This document shows positions 50,230-59,439 of a DNA stretch of 64,000 bases, piece by piece (the stretch's first letter is position 1; every line of letters starts with the position of its first letter). The position numbers and the translations under genes are program-made. The notes under the pieces are model-generated. The model saw only the letters and a list, made by a program, of their open reading frames with translations. It searched no databases and had not been told where the DNA came from. The DNA is from an uncultured Bacillota bacterium (GTDB lineage Bacteria; Sysuimicrobiota; Sysuimicrobiia; Sysuimicrobiales; Segetimicrobiaceae): the NCBI GenBank assembly GCA_963804645.1, contig CAWDRG010000013.1:30314-94313 (forward strand), written 5' to 3'.

Positions 50230-51389
50230 GCGAGCGCGCCGGCCGCCCGGTCGAACCGGGCCGCGGAGAGGAATCCGATCGGGTGCGCCGTGCGGCCCGA
50301 GGCGGCGAGGTCGGCGAGAATCTCGCCGATCACCGTCGCGAACTTGAACCCGTGCCCGCTGAACCCGACCGCGTAGACGAGACGGGGATGGACGGAGCTG
50401 CGGTCGATGACGAAGTGACCGTCGGGCGTCATCGTGTAGAGGCACGTCTCCGCGGCGAGCACCGGGCCGTCGAGCGCCGGAGCGAAGCGCCGCACGAGGC
50501 GCCGGACCGCGTCGACTTCCTCGGGCGCCACGTCGCGCCGGGCGGTCTCCGGGGTGCACGGACCGCTGTGCGCTCCCGTCTCGTGGATCGCCACCTTGAA
50601 CCCCGGGCCCGCCGCCTGCGGGATGCCGTAGAGGTTGGTGCCGTCGAGCCACGCGATGAACAGCGGGCATCGATCCGCCGCGATCGCGGCGGCCTGCTGG
50701 GGGGTCGCGGCTCCCAAATAGCAGACCGCCTGCCGGATGGCCTGGACCGGAAGGTCGAGGGACGCGAGGAGCGACGGCGCCCACGGCCCGGGCGTCGCGA
50801 TCAGCGTGTCGGCCTCGTACCGTCCCCGGGCCGTCTCCACCACGGCGTGCGTCCCGTCGGCCCACCACGCGCGAACCGGTTCCTCAAACCGCAGGTCGGC
50901 TCCGGACGCGGCGGCCGCCCGCTGCATCGCCTGTACGCACCGCTCCGGAAACAGGATGCCGGCCTGTGGTTCCCACAGCCCGACCAGGCCGTCGGGCAGC
51001 GCAAACGCGGGAAATCGGGCGCGCACGTCCTGGCAAGACAGCAGCTCGTACGGCAGGCCGTGCATCTGCGCGCTGCGCACCGCTCCCGCCACGACGCGGG
51101 CGTCTGCCGGGCCGATCATCAGCCCGCCGGTCGGCAGCCGCAGCCGGTCGCCCGACGCGCGCTCGAGCTCGTCCCACAGCGTGTACGCCCGCTCGAGCAG
51201 CGGCACGTAGGCGGGGTCCTCGAAGTACGCCTTGCGGATGATCCGGGTGTGTCCGTGCGAGGAACCGAGCAGGTGCCCGGGGGGATGTGCGTCGAGCCCC
51301 AGGACACGCCTCCCCCGGCCGGCCAGGCGCCACGCCGCGGCGCTGCCCATGACCCCGAGCCCGATCACGATCTCGTCGTAGGCGGCGAT
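50226..51389 (-). CDS. solA: N-methyl-L-tryptophan oxidase / monomeric sarcosine oxidase family
   Basis: YDEIVIGLGVMGS, GSSHGHTRIIR.AYFE, CLYTMTPDGHF (FAD-attachment Cys), GFSGHGFKF; apparent start is ATC at 51389 after GGAGGG. Confidence 0.85.
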   Translation of the reverse strand: MAAYDEIVIGLGVMGSAAAWRLAGRGRRVLGLDAHPPGHLLGSSHGHTRIIRKAYFEDPAYVPLLERAYTLWDELERASGDRLRLPTGGLMIGPADARVVAGAVRSAQMHGLPYELLSCQDVRARFPAFALPDGLVGLWEPQAGILFPERCVQAMQRAAAASGADLRFEEPVRAWWADGTHAVVETARGRYEADTLIATPGPWAPSLLASLDLPVQAIRQAVCYLGAATPQQAAAIAADRCPLFIAWLDGTNLYGIPQAAGPGFKVAIHETGAHSGPCTPETARRDVAPEEVDAVRRLVRRFAPALDGPVLAAETCLYTMTPDGHFVIDRSSVHPRLVYAVGFSGHGFKFATVIGEILADLAASGRTAHPIGFLSAARFDRAAGALA

Positions 51390-51418
51390 GCGTCTGCCCT
51401 CCGGGTGTGATCGGCTAG

Positions 51419-52746
51419 CAGGCCGCGGAAAAAACGAGTTTATGGCTAATCATCGTGCCCGGTTCGGGAGTGATCATGTCAACTGACGCTCCTCAGATCT
51501 GCTTGCGTGAGTTCCGCGCGATCCGTGCAACGTCGATATCGCATCGAGGTGTGGCGTCCTCATGCGACTGCCTGTTGGAGGTTGCGGATCCGGATCAGGT
51601 TGTAGATTGCACATGCGAACACGAACATCCAGTCTACCCGGTCGGTGCCTCGATGGTGCAGCTTGCGCATCAGCCCGATGGTCTTCAGCCAACCGAAGAT
51701 TTCTTCCACGCGTTTGCGGATGCGTTGGCTGATTTCATAGCCGGGGTGCCGCGTGGTCCGCAGATCAACGGCACTGCGCCGTTTGCTGGTATTCTGGGCA
51801 ATGTGCGGCGTGACGTCCAAGTCGCGCAGGGCTTGGACGAATTCCGGAGTGTCGAAGCCCTTGTCCGCGCCGACCGTCACGTGGCGCTGGCCGGCCACCT
51901 GCTCGAGCAGCTCTTCAGCGGTGTCCCGTTCCGCCGTGCCCGTCGCCGCGGTCGCCTGGGCCCGCACCACCAAGCCATGGCGGTTCTCCATCAGCACGTG
52001 GCCCATATAGTACAACTTCGCTTCCCGTCCATTGCCCTTGCGATGCAAGCGCGCCTCGGGATCCGTCGTCGAGTGGTGCGTGGTATTGCTGCGGCGTTGG
52101 CCGTGAAAGTTGACGGTCGGGTTCCCCGGATCATCCGGGGGCGGCTGGTCGGTCGGGTCCTCGTCCTTGGGGCGAAAGCTTTTCAGGCCCGCCCATGCTT
52201 CGATGGGTGTCCCGTCGACGGTGAAGTGCTCCACCGACAGCAGGTCCCGTTCCCGCGCTTGGGCCACCACGCGCGTGAAGAAGGCTTGCGCGATATCGCC
52301 ATCCAGCAGCCGCTGGCGGTTCTTCGTGAACGTCGTCGGGTCCCAGACCGGCTCGTCCATGTTCAACCCGACGAACCAGCGAAACAGCAAATTGTAATCC
52401 AGTTGCTCCATCAATTGCCGCTCACTGCGCACCGTGTAGAGCACCTGCAACAACAAGGCCCGCAGCAGTTTCTCCGGCGGAATCGATGGGCGCCCAATCC
52501 GCGAATAGAGCTTGGCGAATGTGGGCGACAACTCATGCAGCACCTCGTCTACCATGCTACGGATCGCGCGCAACGGATGGTCCTGCGGGACGCGCGCTTC
52601 CGGGGAGACGTAGCTGAACATGCCTTCCTGCTGCCGATCGTCTCCGCGCATCGTGGCACCTCCAAGGGAGGAAGGTGAATGAGGGTGAGACGCGACGGAG
52701 CATCATTCTATATGAACACCAAAATACCTGCTTTTTCATCATCCTG
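51419..52746 (-). mobile_element. IS5-family insertion sequence with CTAG target duplication
   Basis: CTAG at 51415-51418 and 52747-52750; imperfect IRs CAGGCCGCGGAAAAA and CAGGATGATGAAAAA; lower GC than flanks. Confidence 0.92.
51560..52651 (-). CDS. IS5-family DDE transposase
   Basis: DHPLRAIR, GRPSIPPEKLLRA, LLFRWFVGL, VDGT, GADKGFD, RKRVEEIFGWLK. Confidence 0.95.
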   Translation of the reverse strand: MRGDDRQQEGMFSYVSPEARVPQDHPLRAIRSMVDEVLHELSPTFAKLYSRIGRPSIPPEKLLRALLLQVLYTVRSERQLMEQLDYNLLFRWFVGLNMDEPVWDPTTFTKNRQRLLDGDIAQAFFTRVVAQARERDLLSVEHFTVDGTPIEAWAGLKSFRPKDEDPTDQPPPDDPGNPTVNFHGQRRSNTTHHSTTDPEARLHRKGNGREAKLYYMGHVLMENRHGLVVRAQATAATGTAERDTAEELLEQVAGQRHVTVGADKGFDTPEFVQALRDLDVTPHIAQNTSKRRSAVDLRTTRHPGYEISQRIRKRVEEIFGWLKTIGLMRKLHHRGTDRVDWMFVFACAIYNLIRIRNLQQAVA

Positions 52747-53934
52747 CTAGGGCGCCGCGGCGCCGAACGCGTCCAGCCCGGTGATATCCCGGCCCAAAAT
52801 TAGGGTGTGCACATCGTAGGTCCCCTCGTACGTGTCCACGGTCTCGAGATTCGCGGCGTGGCGCATCGCGTGATACTCGACCGTGATCCCATACCCGCCG
52901 AGGATCCCCCGCGCCTCGCGGGCGATCTCGAGCGCCATGCGGACGTTGTTGCGCTTCGCGAGGCTGACCTGCGTGTAGCGCATCGTGCCCGCGTCCTTGA
53001 GCCGGCCGAGGTGATAGACGAGCAGCTGCGCCTTCGTGATCTCCGTCAGCATGTTGACGAGGCGCTCCTGAATGATCTGCGTGCCCGCGATCGGCCGGCC
53101 GAACGCGACCCGCCCGCGGGCGTAGGCCAGCGCCTCCTCGTAGCACGCGGTCGCCGCGCCCACCGCGCCCCACGCGATCCCGTAGCGGGCCTGCGTCAGG
53201 CAGCGGAGCGCCGCGCCGAGCCCGACCGCCTTCGGCAGCGCGGCGTCGTCCGGCACCTCCACGTCCTCGAGCACGAGCTCGCTCGTGACCGACGCCCGCA
53301 TGGAGATCTTGGTGTGGATGTCGTGCGCGGTCAACCCCGGGGTCCGGGCGTCGACGAGAAAGCCCCGGATCTCGTCCCGGTCGTCCTTCGCCCAGATCAG
53401 GGCAACGTCGGCCACGGAGCCGTTCGTGATCCACATCTTCGTCCCGTTGATCGTCCAGCCCCCGGCGCGGCGCCGGGCCCGCGTCTGCATCGCCGCCGGA
53501 TCGCTCCCGGCGGTGGGCTCGGTCAATCCGAAGCAGCCGAGCTTCTCGCCGGCCGCCATCGCCGGCAGCCAGCGGCGGCGCTGCTCCTCGGTGCCGTACT
53601 CGTAGATCGGATACATGACGAGCGCGCCCTGCACCGACGCGAACGACCGCACCCCGCTGTCGCCGCGCTCCAGCTCGCGCATGATCAACCCGTAGGCGAC
53701 GTTGTTCATGCCGGCGCAGCCGTACGCCTGCGGCAGATTCGCCCCGTACACCCGCAGCGCGCCGAGCGCGCCCACGAGATCTTTCGGCAGCTCCCCCGCG
53801 AGCCACGCCCGTCCGATCCGCGGAATGACGTCGCGGTCGACGAGCCGCGCGATCGTGTCGCGCGCCAGCCGCTCGTCGTCGCTCAGCAGGTCGTCGATCC
53901 CGAAGTAGTCCACGCGGTCGCCGCCAGTCGCCAT
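52747..53934 (-). CDS. Acyl-CoA dehydrogenase (glutaryl-CoA dehydrogenase-like)
   Basis: ELERGDSGVRSFASVQ, GCFGLTEP, GTKMWITNG, ARYGIAWG, TYEGTYDVH. Confidence 0.92.
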   Translation of the reverse strand: MATGGDRVDYFGIDDLLSDDERLARDTIARLVDRDVIPRIGRAWLAGELPKDLVGALGALRVYGANLPQAYGCAGMNNVAYGLIMRELERGDSGVRSFASVQGALVMYPIYEYGTEEQRRRWLPAMAAGEKLGCFGLTEPTAGSDPAAMQTRARRRAGGWTINGTKMWITNGSVADVALIWAKDDRDEIRGFLVDARTPGLTAHDIHTKISMRASVTSELVLEDVEVPDDAALPKAVGLGAALRCLTQARYGIAWGAVGAATACYEEALAYARGRVAFGRPIAGTQIIQERLVNMLTEITKAQLLVYHLGRLKDAGTMRYTQVSLAKRNNVRMALEIAREARGILGGYGITVEYHAMRHAANLETVDTYEGTYDVHTLILGRDITGLDAFGAAAP

Positions 53935-54036
53935 CGTGCCCCCTCCGCCCACCGACCCGCCGGCGACGCGCCGGCGGGTCGGCTGGATGCCCATAGCTTC
54001 CCCGCATGCCGAGACGGATCCTGTCGCCGCGTCCGT

Positions 54037-55539
54037 TCAGCGCGTCGGGGGCCGCAGTTCGTAGACGCGGGCGCCCCCATCGTCCTCCCGGGACGCGATC
54101 TGAAATCCCTTCACGAGCGCGTCGAGCCGCGCCGTCTCGCCGGCCGACTCCGACTGCGCGCGCACGATCAGCCAGACCGTCGGATGGCCCGCGGCCTCGC
54201 GCCGGAACCACTCGGGGGTCGCATCCGCCGGGAGCAGCGTCCCGGCGAGGCGCGAATCCGTGACGTAGTACCCGAGTGCCGTGGCGGCATCCGGGGTCGC
54301 ATCGACGACGAGGTCACCGGGGCGCACCTGACGCGCGAGCGACGCCGCGACGTCCCGCCAGCGCTCCGGACGCGCCGCGGGATCGAAGTAGAACGCGCCG
54401 AACGCCGGCAGGCCGTACAGGAGGAGCGCGGCGCTGACCGCCGCCGCGACCAGCCCCCGCGGCGCGCGGACGTGCGCGGCGATGTCGGCGACCCCCTGCG
54501 CGGCGAGGACCGCGCTGAACGGCAGGAGAAATGTGAACCACCGCGGGACGAACACGGGGTACGGGCGCGCGAGCGAGACCCCGAGCATGACCGCAAGCAC
54601 CGCCGCGGGCGGCAGGACGACCAGCGCGCGGCGGTCCCCGCCGAGGGACGCGATGCCGCGCCACAGGACGATCGCGAACGGGGCCAGCAGCACGATCCGC
54701 TCCGGGGCCGTCAGCAGGCTGGGCGTAAACATCGTCGCGGCGCCAAACAGGGATCCCCCGAAGGCGAGGAGGCCGAGGAAGTCGGCGACGCTCAGGTAGA
54801 GCGCCTGCGGGTACCACCCGAGGAACGGCGCGTGCACGAACTGGCCGTACGCGACGGGCAGCCACGGCACGTAGGCCAGCGCGGCCGCCACGGCGCATGC
54901 GCACCAGGCCGCGGCGCGTCGCCGGCGGTACAGCATCATCCACAGGCCGTGCGCGGCGACGATCAGCAGGCCGAGGTAGTGCGTGTATACCAGGAGCGTG
55001 ATGAGCACCGCGTAGCCCGCCCACGCCGCGGGACGGCCGGTCTCGGCGGCGCGGTCGAGCGCCACCGTCGACCACGTGGCCAGGAGGGCGAGCAGCGCGT
55101 ACATCCGGGCGTCCTGGCTCATCATGACGCCGATCGGCGCCACCGCCACGAACAGCGCGGCAAGCAGGCCGGTCGTCGCTGGGACGACCCGGCGGGCCAG
55201 GGCCCACGTGACCGGGATCATCGCCGTGCCGAAGACCGCGGACGGGATCCTGAGCGCCGCTTCCCCGGTCCCCGCGGCGAGCGTCCACAGCCGCAGCAAG
55301 AGATAGTACAGCGGCGGGTGCGTGTCCGCTGCGATCAGCTGGAACCACCCGTGCCACGACGAGCGCACGACGAGCGCGCTGAACGTCTCGTCGTACCACA
55401 GGCTGTGCTGCCCGAGGAGCGCGAAGCGGAGCAGCGCGCCGAGCGCGGTGATCCCCGTCAGGACCGCCGCCTCGGGGACGGCACGGCCCGCGGATGCGGC
55501 GCGGACCGACCCGCCCGGGGACCCCGCGACGCCGATCAT
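54037..55539 (-). CDS. GT-C fold membrane glycosyltransferase (GT39/PMT-like)
   Basis: SLWYDE, HPPLYYLLL, ALRIPS, SQDARMY, YTHY; many TM segments. Confidence 0.88.
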   Translation of the reverse strand: MIGVAGSPGGSVRAASAGRAVPEAAVLTGITALGALLRFALLGQHSLWYDETFSALVVRSSWHGWFQLIAADTHPPLYYLLLRLWTLAAGTGEAALRIPSAVFGTAMIPVTWALARRVVPATTGLLAALFVAVAPIGVMMSQDARMYALLALLATWSTVALDRAAETGRPAAWAGYAVLITLLVYTHYLGLLIVAAHGLWMMLYRRRRAAAWCACAVAAALAYVPWLPVAYGQFVHAPFLGWYPQALYLSVADFLGLLAFGGSLFGAATMFTPSLLTAPERIVLLAPFAIVLWRGIASLGGDRRALVVLPPAAVLAVMLGVSLARPYPVFVPRWFTFLLPFSAVLAAQGVADIAAHVRAPRGLVAAAVSAALLLYGLPAFGAFYFDPAARPERWRDVAASLARQVRPGDLVVDATPDAATALGYYVTDSRLAGTLLPADATPEWFRREAAGHPTVWLIVRAQSESAGETARLDALVKGFQIASREDDGGARVYELRPPTR

Positions 55540-56564
55540 GCCGCGGATCCGCCTCCGAGATCCACGACGACGCGGGGCGCCGCGACCTCCCCGCGCTGCA
55601 GGCCCGGAAAGAGCTCCGGGAGATCGTCGAGCCGGCACGTGCGGCCGGCCAGCGGGGTCACGTCCACGCGGCGCGCGTTAATCAGCCGCACCGCGCGGCC
55701 GTACTCGCGCGCGGTATAGGCGTAGACGCCTGCGAGCGTGCGCTCGCGCGTCACCAGCTCGTGCAGCGGCAGCTCGACCCGCGGCGAGTCCACCCCGACG
55801 AGCGCGATGCGGCCGCCCACTGCGGCGAGCGCGAGCGCCGTGCGGAGGGTCTCGTCGCGCCCGACCGCGTCGACGATCCGTGGGATCGGACCCGCCTCGG
55901 CGACGATGCGGCTGACGACGTCGCCGTCGCGCGCGGACACGGCCACCCCGCCGAGCGCCTCGGCGAGCGCGAGCCGTTCGGGGACGACGTCCGTGATAAA
56001 CACACGCCGGGCGCCCCGCCGCCGGCACGCGAGCAGCACGCAGAGCCCGATCGCCCCGGCCCCCAGCACGGCGACGGTCTCGCCGCGGCGCACGCCCGCG
56101 ACGGCCGCGGCGTGCATGCCGACCGCGAGCGGCTCGGCGAGCGCGCCCTGGGCAAACGTGGTCCCCCGCGCGAGCGGCACGCAGTTCGCGGCCGGGGCGA
56201 CGACATACTCCGCGAAGCCGCCGGGCGTGTCCACGCCGATCAGCCGCCGCTGCGCGCAGCGCTGCGTCGCGCCGCGCCGGCATGCCTCACACACCCCGCA
56301 GGTCAGCATCGGGAACACGGCCACCCGCGCGCCGAGCCGTGGCCGCTCGACCCCCGCCCCGCGGACGGCGACGACGCCGGCGATCTCGTGGCCCATGACC
56401 AGCCCGGGCGCGCGCCGGCCGGTGCGCCCGGACGCACCGTGAATGTCGCTGCCGCAGATGCCCGCGGCGCGCACCGCCACGACGACCTCGCCGGGACCGG
56501 GCGCGGGCTCGCCACGCTCCTCGAGCACCAGCCGACCGGGTCCTTGATAGACCACTGCCTTCAC
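55536..56564 (-). CDS. Zinc-binding (MDR) alcohol/sugar dehydrogenase
   Basis: GICGSD, GHE, CGVCEACRRG...C, GAGAIG. Confidence 0.93.
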   Translation of the reverse strand: MKAVVYQGPGRLVLEERGEPAPGPGEVVVAVRAAGICGSDIHGASGRTGRRAPGLVMGHEIAGVVAVRGAGVERPRLGARVAVFPMLTCGVCEACRRGATQRCAQRRLIGVDTPGGFAEYVVAPAANCVPLARGTTFAQGALAEPLAVGMHAAAVAGVRRGETVAVLGAGAIGLCVLLACRRRGARRVFITDVVPERLALAEALGGVAVSARDGDVVSRIVAEAGPIPRIVDAVGRDETLRTALALAAVGGRIALVGVDSPRVELPLHELVTRERTLAGVYAYTAREYGRAVRLINARRVDVTPLAGRTCRLDDLPELFPGLQRGEVAAPRVVVDLGGGSAA

Positions 56565-56598
56565 GGGGAGCCCTCCTCCCGCCGGAGCGCCCGCCGGA

Positions 56599-57834
56599 TC
56601 ACCGGCGGGGCTCGGGGATGCCGCGCGCGCCCACCAGCGCCACCACCATCACGCCGATCAGGACGCTCCAACCGGCCGCGTACGACGTCGTGTCGATCAA
56701 CCACCCGAACAGCGGCGGCGACGAGATCGTGGCCACGTACAGCACCGTCATGCTGACGCCCATCGCCGTCGCGCCGCGTGCCTGGCCGGCCAGCTCGGTG
56801 ACAAGCGTGCTGTACAATCCGTTCCACCCAAGCAGCAGTGCTCCTCCCACGAGCGCGATCACGGCGACTTCAAGCCACGCGGCGGGCGGGCGGAGACCAA
56901 GCAGCAGCAGCGGGAACACGGCGCCGGCGCCGACGCACGCGACGAACGCGGGGACGCGGCGGCCGCCGTAGCGCAGGTCGGACACGGCCCCCCACGCCAG
57001 GCGTCCCAGGATGCCCCCCAGGTTGACCATGATGAGGATCCCGGCCGCGACGCGCGGGCTCCACCCGAACCGGTCCACGAGGAAGAGCGCGAGATAATCT
57101 TGATAGCAAAACTGCGCGATGACGAGCACGGTCGCGACCCACGTCACGCGCCACACGCCCGGCGTGCGCAGGATCTCCCAGATCCCGGCCGAGAACGCGC
57201 GCCGCGCGGTCGAGACGCTCTCCTCGCGAGGCGTCCCGCGCAGCCCCACCCAGCACAGCGCCCCGAACGCCGCGCAGATCGCGGCGACGGCGCCGACGGC
57301 GGCCCGCCACCCGTACGCGGTCGCGAGCGGCGGAATCACCACCGCGGCGAGCAGGCCGCCGAGCGGCAGGCCTGACTGCCGGATGCCCATCGCGGTGCCG
57401 CGTCCTTCCGTGCGGAAGACCTGCGCCACGACTTTGTTGCCGGCGGTCTGCCCGCTGCCGTACCCAAGCCCGGCGACCGCGAGCACCGCGGCGAGCGGCC
57501 AAAAGCTGCGCGTCAGCACCGCTCCGGCGGTCGCCGCCGCGGTGAACAGCGCGCCCCCGGCCAGCACCGCCCGTTCGCCCCACCGGTCCGAGAACACCCC
57601 GATCGGGATAAACAGCAGCATGGCGCCGAGATCGAACGCCCCGAACAGGAGGCCGAGCTGTCCCAGCGACAGGTGCAGCGGCCCGCGCCAGAACGGCGCG
57701 ACGATGGGGAGCCCAAAGCGCACCGACGTCAGTCCCGCCTGCTGCAGCGTAGCCACCGCCAGCACGCGCCAGCCCGTCCCGGCGCCGCCGAGGACGCCCG
57801 AGGCCGGCGGGACCCGGCGCTCAGGAGCCGGCAA
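56599..57834 (-). CDS. MFS transporter
   Basis: SDRWGER, RGTAMGIRQ, GRLAWGAVSD; 12-TM pattern. Confidence 0.9.
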   Translation of the reverse strand: MPAPERRVPPASGVLGGAGTGWRVLAVATLQQAGLTSVRFGLPIVAPFWRGPLHLSLGQLGLLFGAFDLGAMLLFIPIGVFSDRWGERAVLAGGALFTAAATAGAVLTRSFWPLAAVLAVAGLGYGSGQTAGNKVVAQVFRTEGRGTAMGIRQSGLPLGGLLAAVVIPPLATAYGWRAAVGAVAAICAAFGALCWVGLRGTPREESVSTARRAFSAGIWEILRTPGVWRVTWVATVLVIAQFCYQDYLALFLVDRFGWSPRVAAGILIMVNLGGILGRLAWGAVSDLRYGGRRVPAFVACVGAGAVFPLLLLGLRPPAAWLEVAVIALVGGALLLGWNGLYSTLVTELAGQARGATAMGVSMTVLYVATISSPPLFGWLIDTTSYAAGWSVLIGVMVVALVGARGIPEPRR

Positions 57835-59125
57835 CGAGCTGCTCGATCGTGATCGCGGCGAGCGCGACCGTGAGCGCGACGGTCCCCCACCCGACCACGT
57901 TGGAGAGGGGGCGGTTACGGTGAGCGCGCACGACGCGCGGATCGTTCGACAGCAGGGTCAGGGCCGCGACCAGCGGCGCGAGCACGATGCCGTTCAGCAC
58001 CTGCGACCAGAACATCAGCGCGACCGGGGGGATCCGCAGCAGCGCGATCGCGGATCCGGCGAGGAGCGATGCGCCGAGCAGGACGTAAAAGCCGTGCGCC
58101 TGCCCGACCGTCCGGCTCAGGCCCTCGCGCCAGCCGAAGATCTCCGACAGGCCGTACGCGGAGCACGCCGCCATTACCGGCACCGACAGGACGCCGCTGA
58201 CGACGATGCCGACCGCAAACAGCGTCGTGGCCCATGCGCCGGCGACCGGCCGGAGCGCCGCCGCGGCGGCCCCCACCGTCGCGAGACCGTCGCCGTGCCC
58301 GAACAGCACGGCGGCGGCGGTGACGATGATGAAATAGAAAACGAGATTCGCGTACACCATCCCGCCCGCCACGTCGAGATTCGCGTCCGCGAGCTCGGCG
58401 ATGGTGGTGTGCGCCTCCACGGTCTCGGCGGTCTGCCAGAAGAACACATAGGGGGTCAGCGTCGCGCCGATCAGCGCGAGCGCCGCCGTGAAAAACGTCG
58501 GCGTGAACTGCACCGACGGAACGAACGTCGCGCGCAGCGCCTCGCCCCAGTTGGGGTGCACGAGAATCCCCGCCAGCACATACAGCAGAAACAGCGGCGT
58601 GAGCACCAGGAGAAACCGGCTGATCGTGCGGTAGTTCGCGGCGGCGAGCGTATAGCCGAGCCCTGCCGCGATCGGCACGATCCACCACTCCCACGGGATC
58701 CCCGTGAGGAGCTGGGCGCCGGAGGCGGTCCCGACGAGATCGGCCCCGATCGTGACGACGTTGGAGATGATCACCGGCAGCACCACGGCCGCGGCGACGC
58801 GGCGGCCGTGCCGCGCGCAGAGGACATGGGTGAGCCCCTGCTTGGCGACCACGCCGATCCGGGTCGACATCTCCTCAAGGTAGTAGAGGATCGGCGTCGA
58901 GAGCAACAACAGCCACAGCAGGCTGAATCCGGTGGTCGCCCCGATCTGAATGTAGCTGATCACGCCGCACGGATCGTTATCCGCGGCGCCGGAGACGACC
59001 CCAGGTCCCATGACCTGAAAAAACTGCCGCAGGCTGCGGCGGTGGTGGCGAACGGGCGCGGCGGATGAGGCGGTGGCCACGCCCGTACGGTTCCGGTCGG
59101 CGCGCGCACGTCCCTGCGTCCGCAT
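57821..59125 (-). CDS. NRAMP-family divalent cation transporter, NRAMP-related Mg2+ transporter type
   Basis: GPGVVSGAADNDPCG (not MntH DPGN) and GATLTPY (no metal-binding Met); start uncertain. Confidence 0.85.
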   Translation of the reverse strand: MRTQGRARADRNRTGVATASSAAPVRHHRRSLRQFFQVMGPGVVSGAADNDPCGVISYIQIGATTGFSLLWLLLLSTPILYYLEEMSTRIGVVAKQGLTHVLCARHGRRVAAAVVLPVIISNVVTIGADLVGTASGAQLLTGIPWEWWIVPIAAGLGYTLAAANYRTISRFLLVLTPLFLLYVLAGILVHPNWGEALRATFVPSVQFTPTFFTAALALIGATLTPYVFFWQTAETVEAHTTIAELADANLDVAGGMVYANLVFYFIIVTAAAVLFGHGDGLATVGAAAAALRPVAGAWATTLFAVGIVVSGVLSVPVMAACSAYGLSEIFGWREGLSRTVGQAHGFYVLLGASLLAGSAIALLRIPPVALMFWSQVLNGIVLAPLVAALTLLSNDPRVVRAHRNRPLSNVVGWGTVALTVALAAITIEQLVAGS

Positions 59126-59151
59126 CGCGCCCGGGCCCGCCGGTCCAACAC

Positions 59152-59182
59152 AGCGGGGGTGCGCGCAACGCGCACCCCCGCT
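59152..59182 (-). terminator. 14-bp perfect hairpin just upstream of the NRAMP gene (possible attenuator)
   Basis: AGCGGGGGTGCGCG-3 nt-CGCGCACCCCCGCT followed on the minus strand by GTGTT. Confidence 0.65.
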
Positions 59183-59317
59183 CCGAACCGTTCTCGTCGT
59201 TCAGACCTCGGCTGGTCCCCGCGAACCCAGGTTCGCCGCGTGAGGACGCATCCTCAGATCGGCGGACCGCCGAGGGTTCCCGTGGAGCGGCGGTGGATCC
59301 GTCCGGCCGCCGCCCCG

Positions 59318-59386
59318 TTACTGCTTCGGGGGCGTCTCCCCCGGCTCACCCGTGTTGCGACGCGACAGGCGGGGTGCTCGTCGCAT
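59318..59386 (-). CDS. Putative 22-aa leader peptide MRRAPRLSRRNTGEPGETPPKQ
   Basis: Strong SD AAGGGAGG 5 nt before the ATG; lies in the leader of the NRAMP-related gene. Confidence 0.5.
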   Translation of the reverse strand: MRRAPRLSRRNTGEPGETPPKQ

Positions 59387-59439
59387 ATCCGCCTCCCTTC
59401 TCAGGGTCGTGGCCGATACCGCTCGGCCCGTCGTCACCT

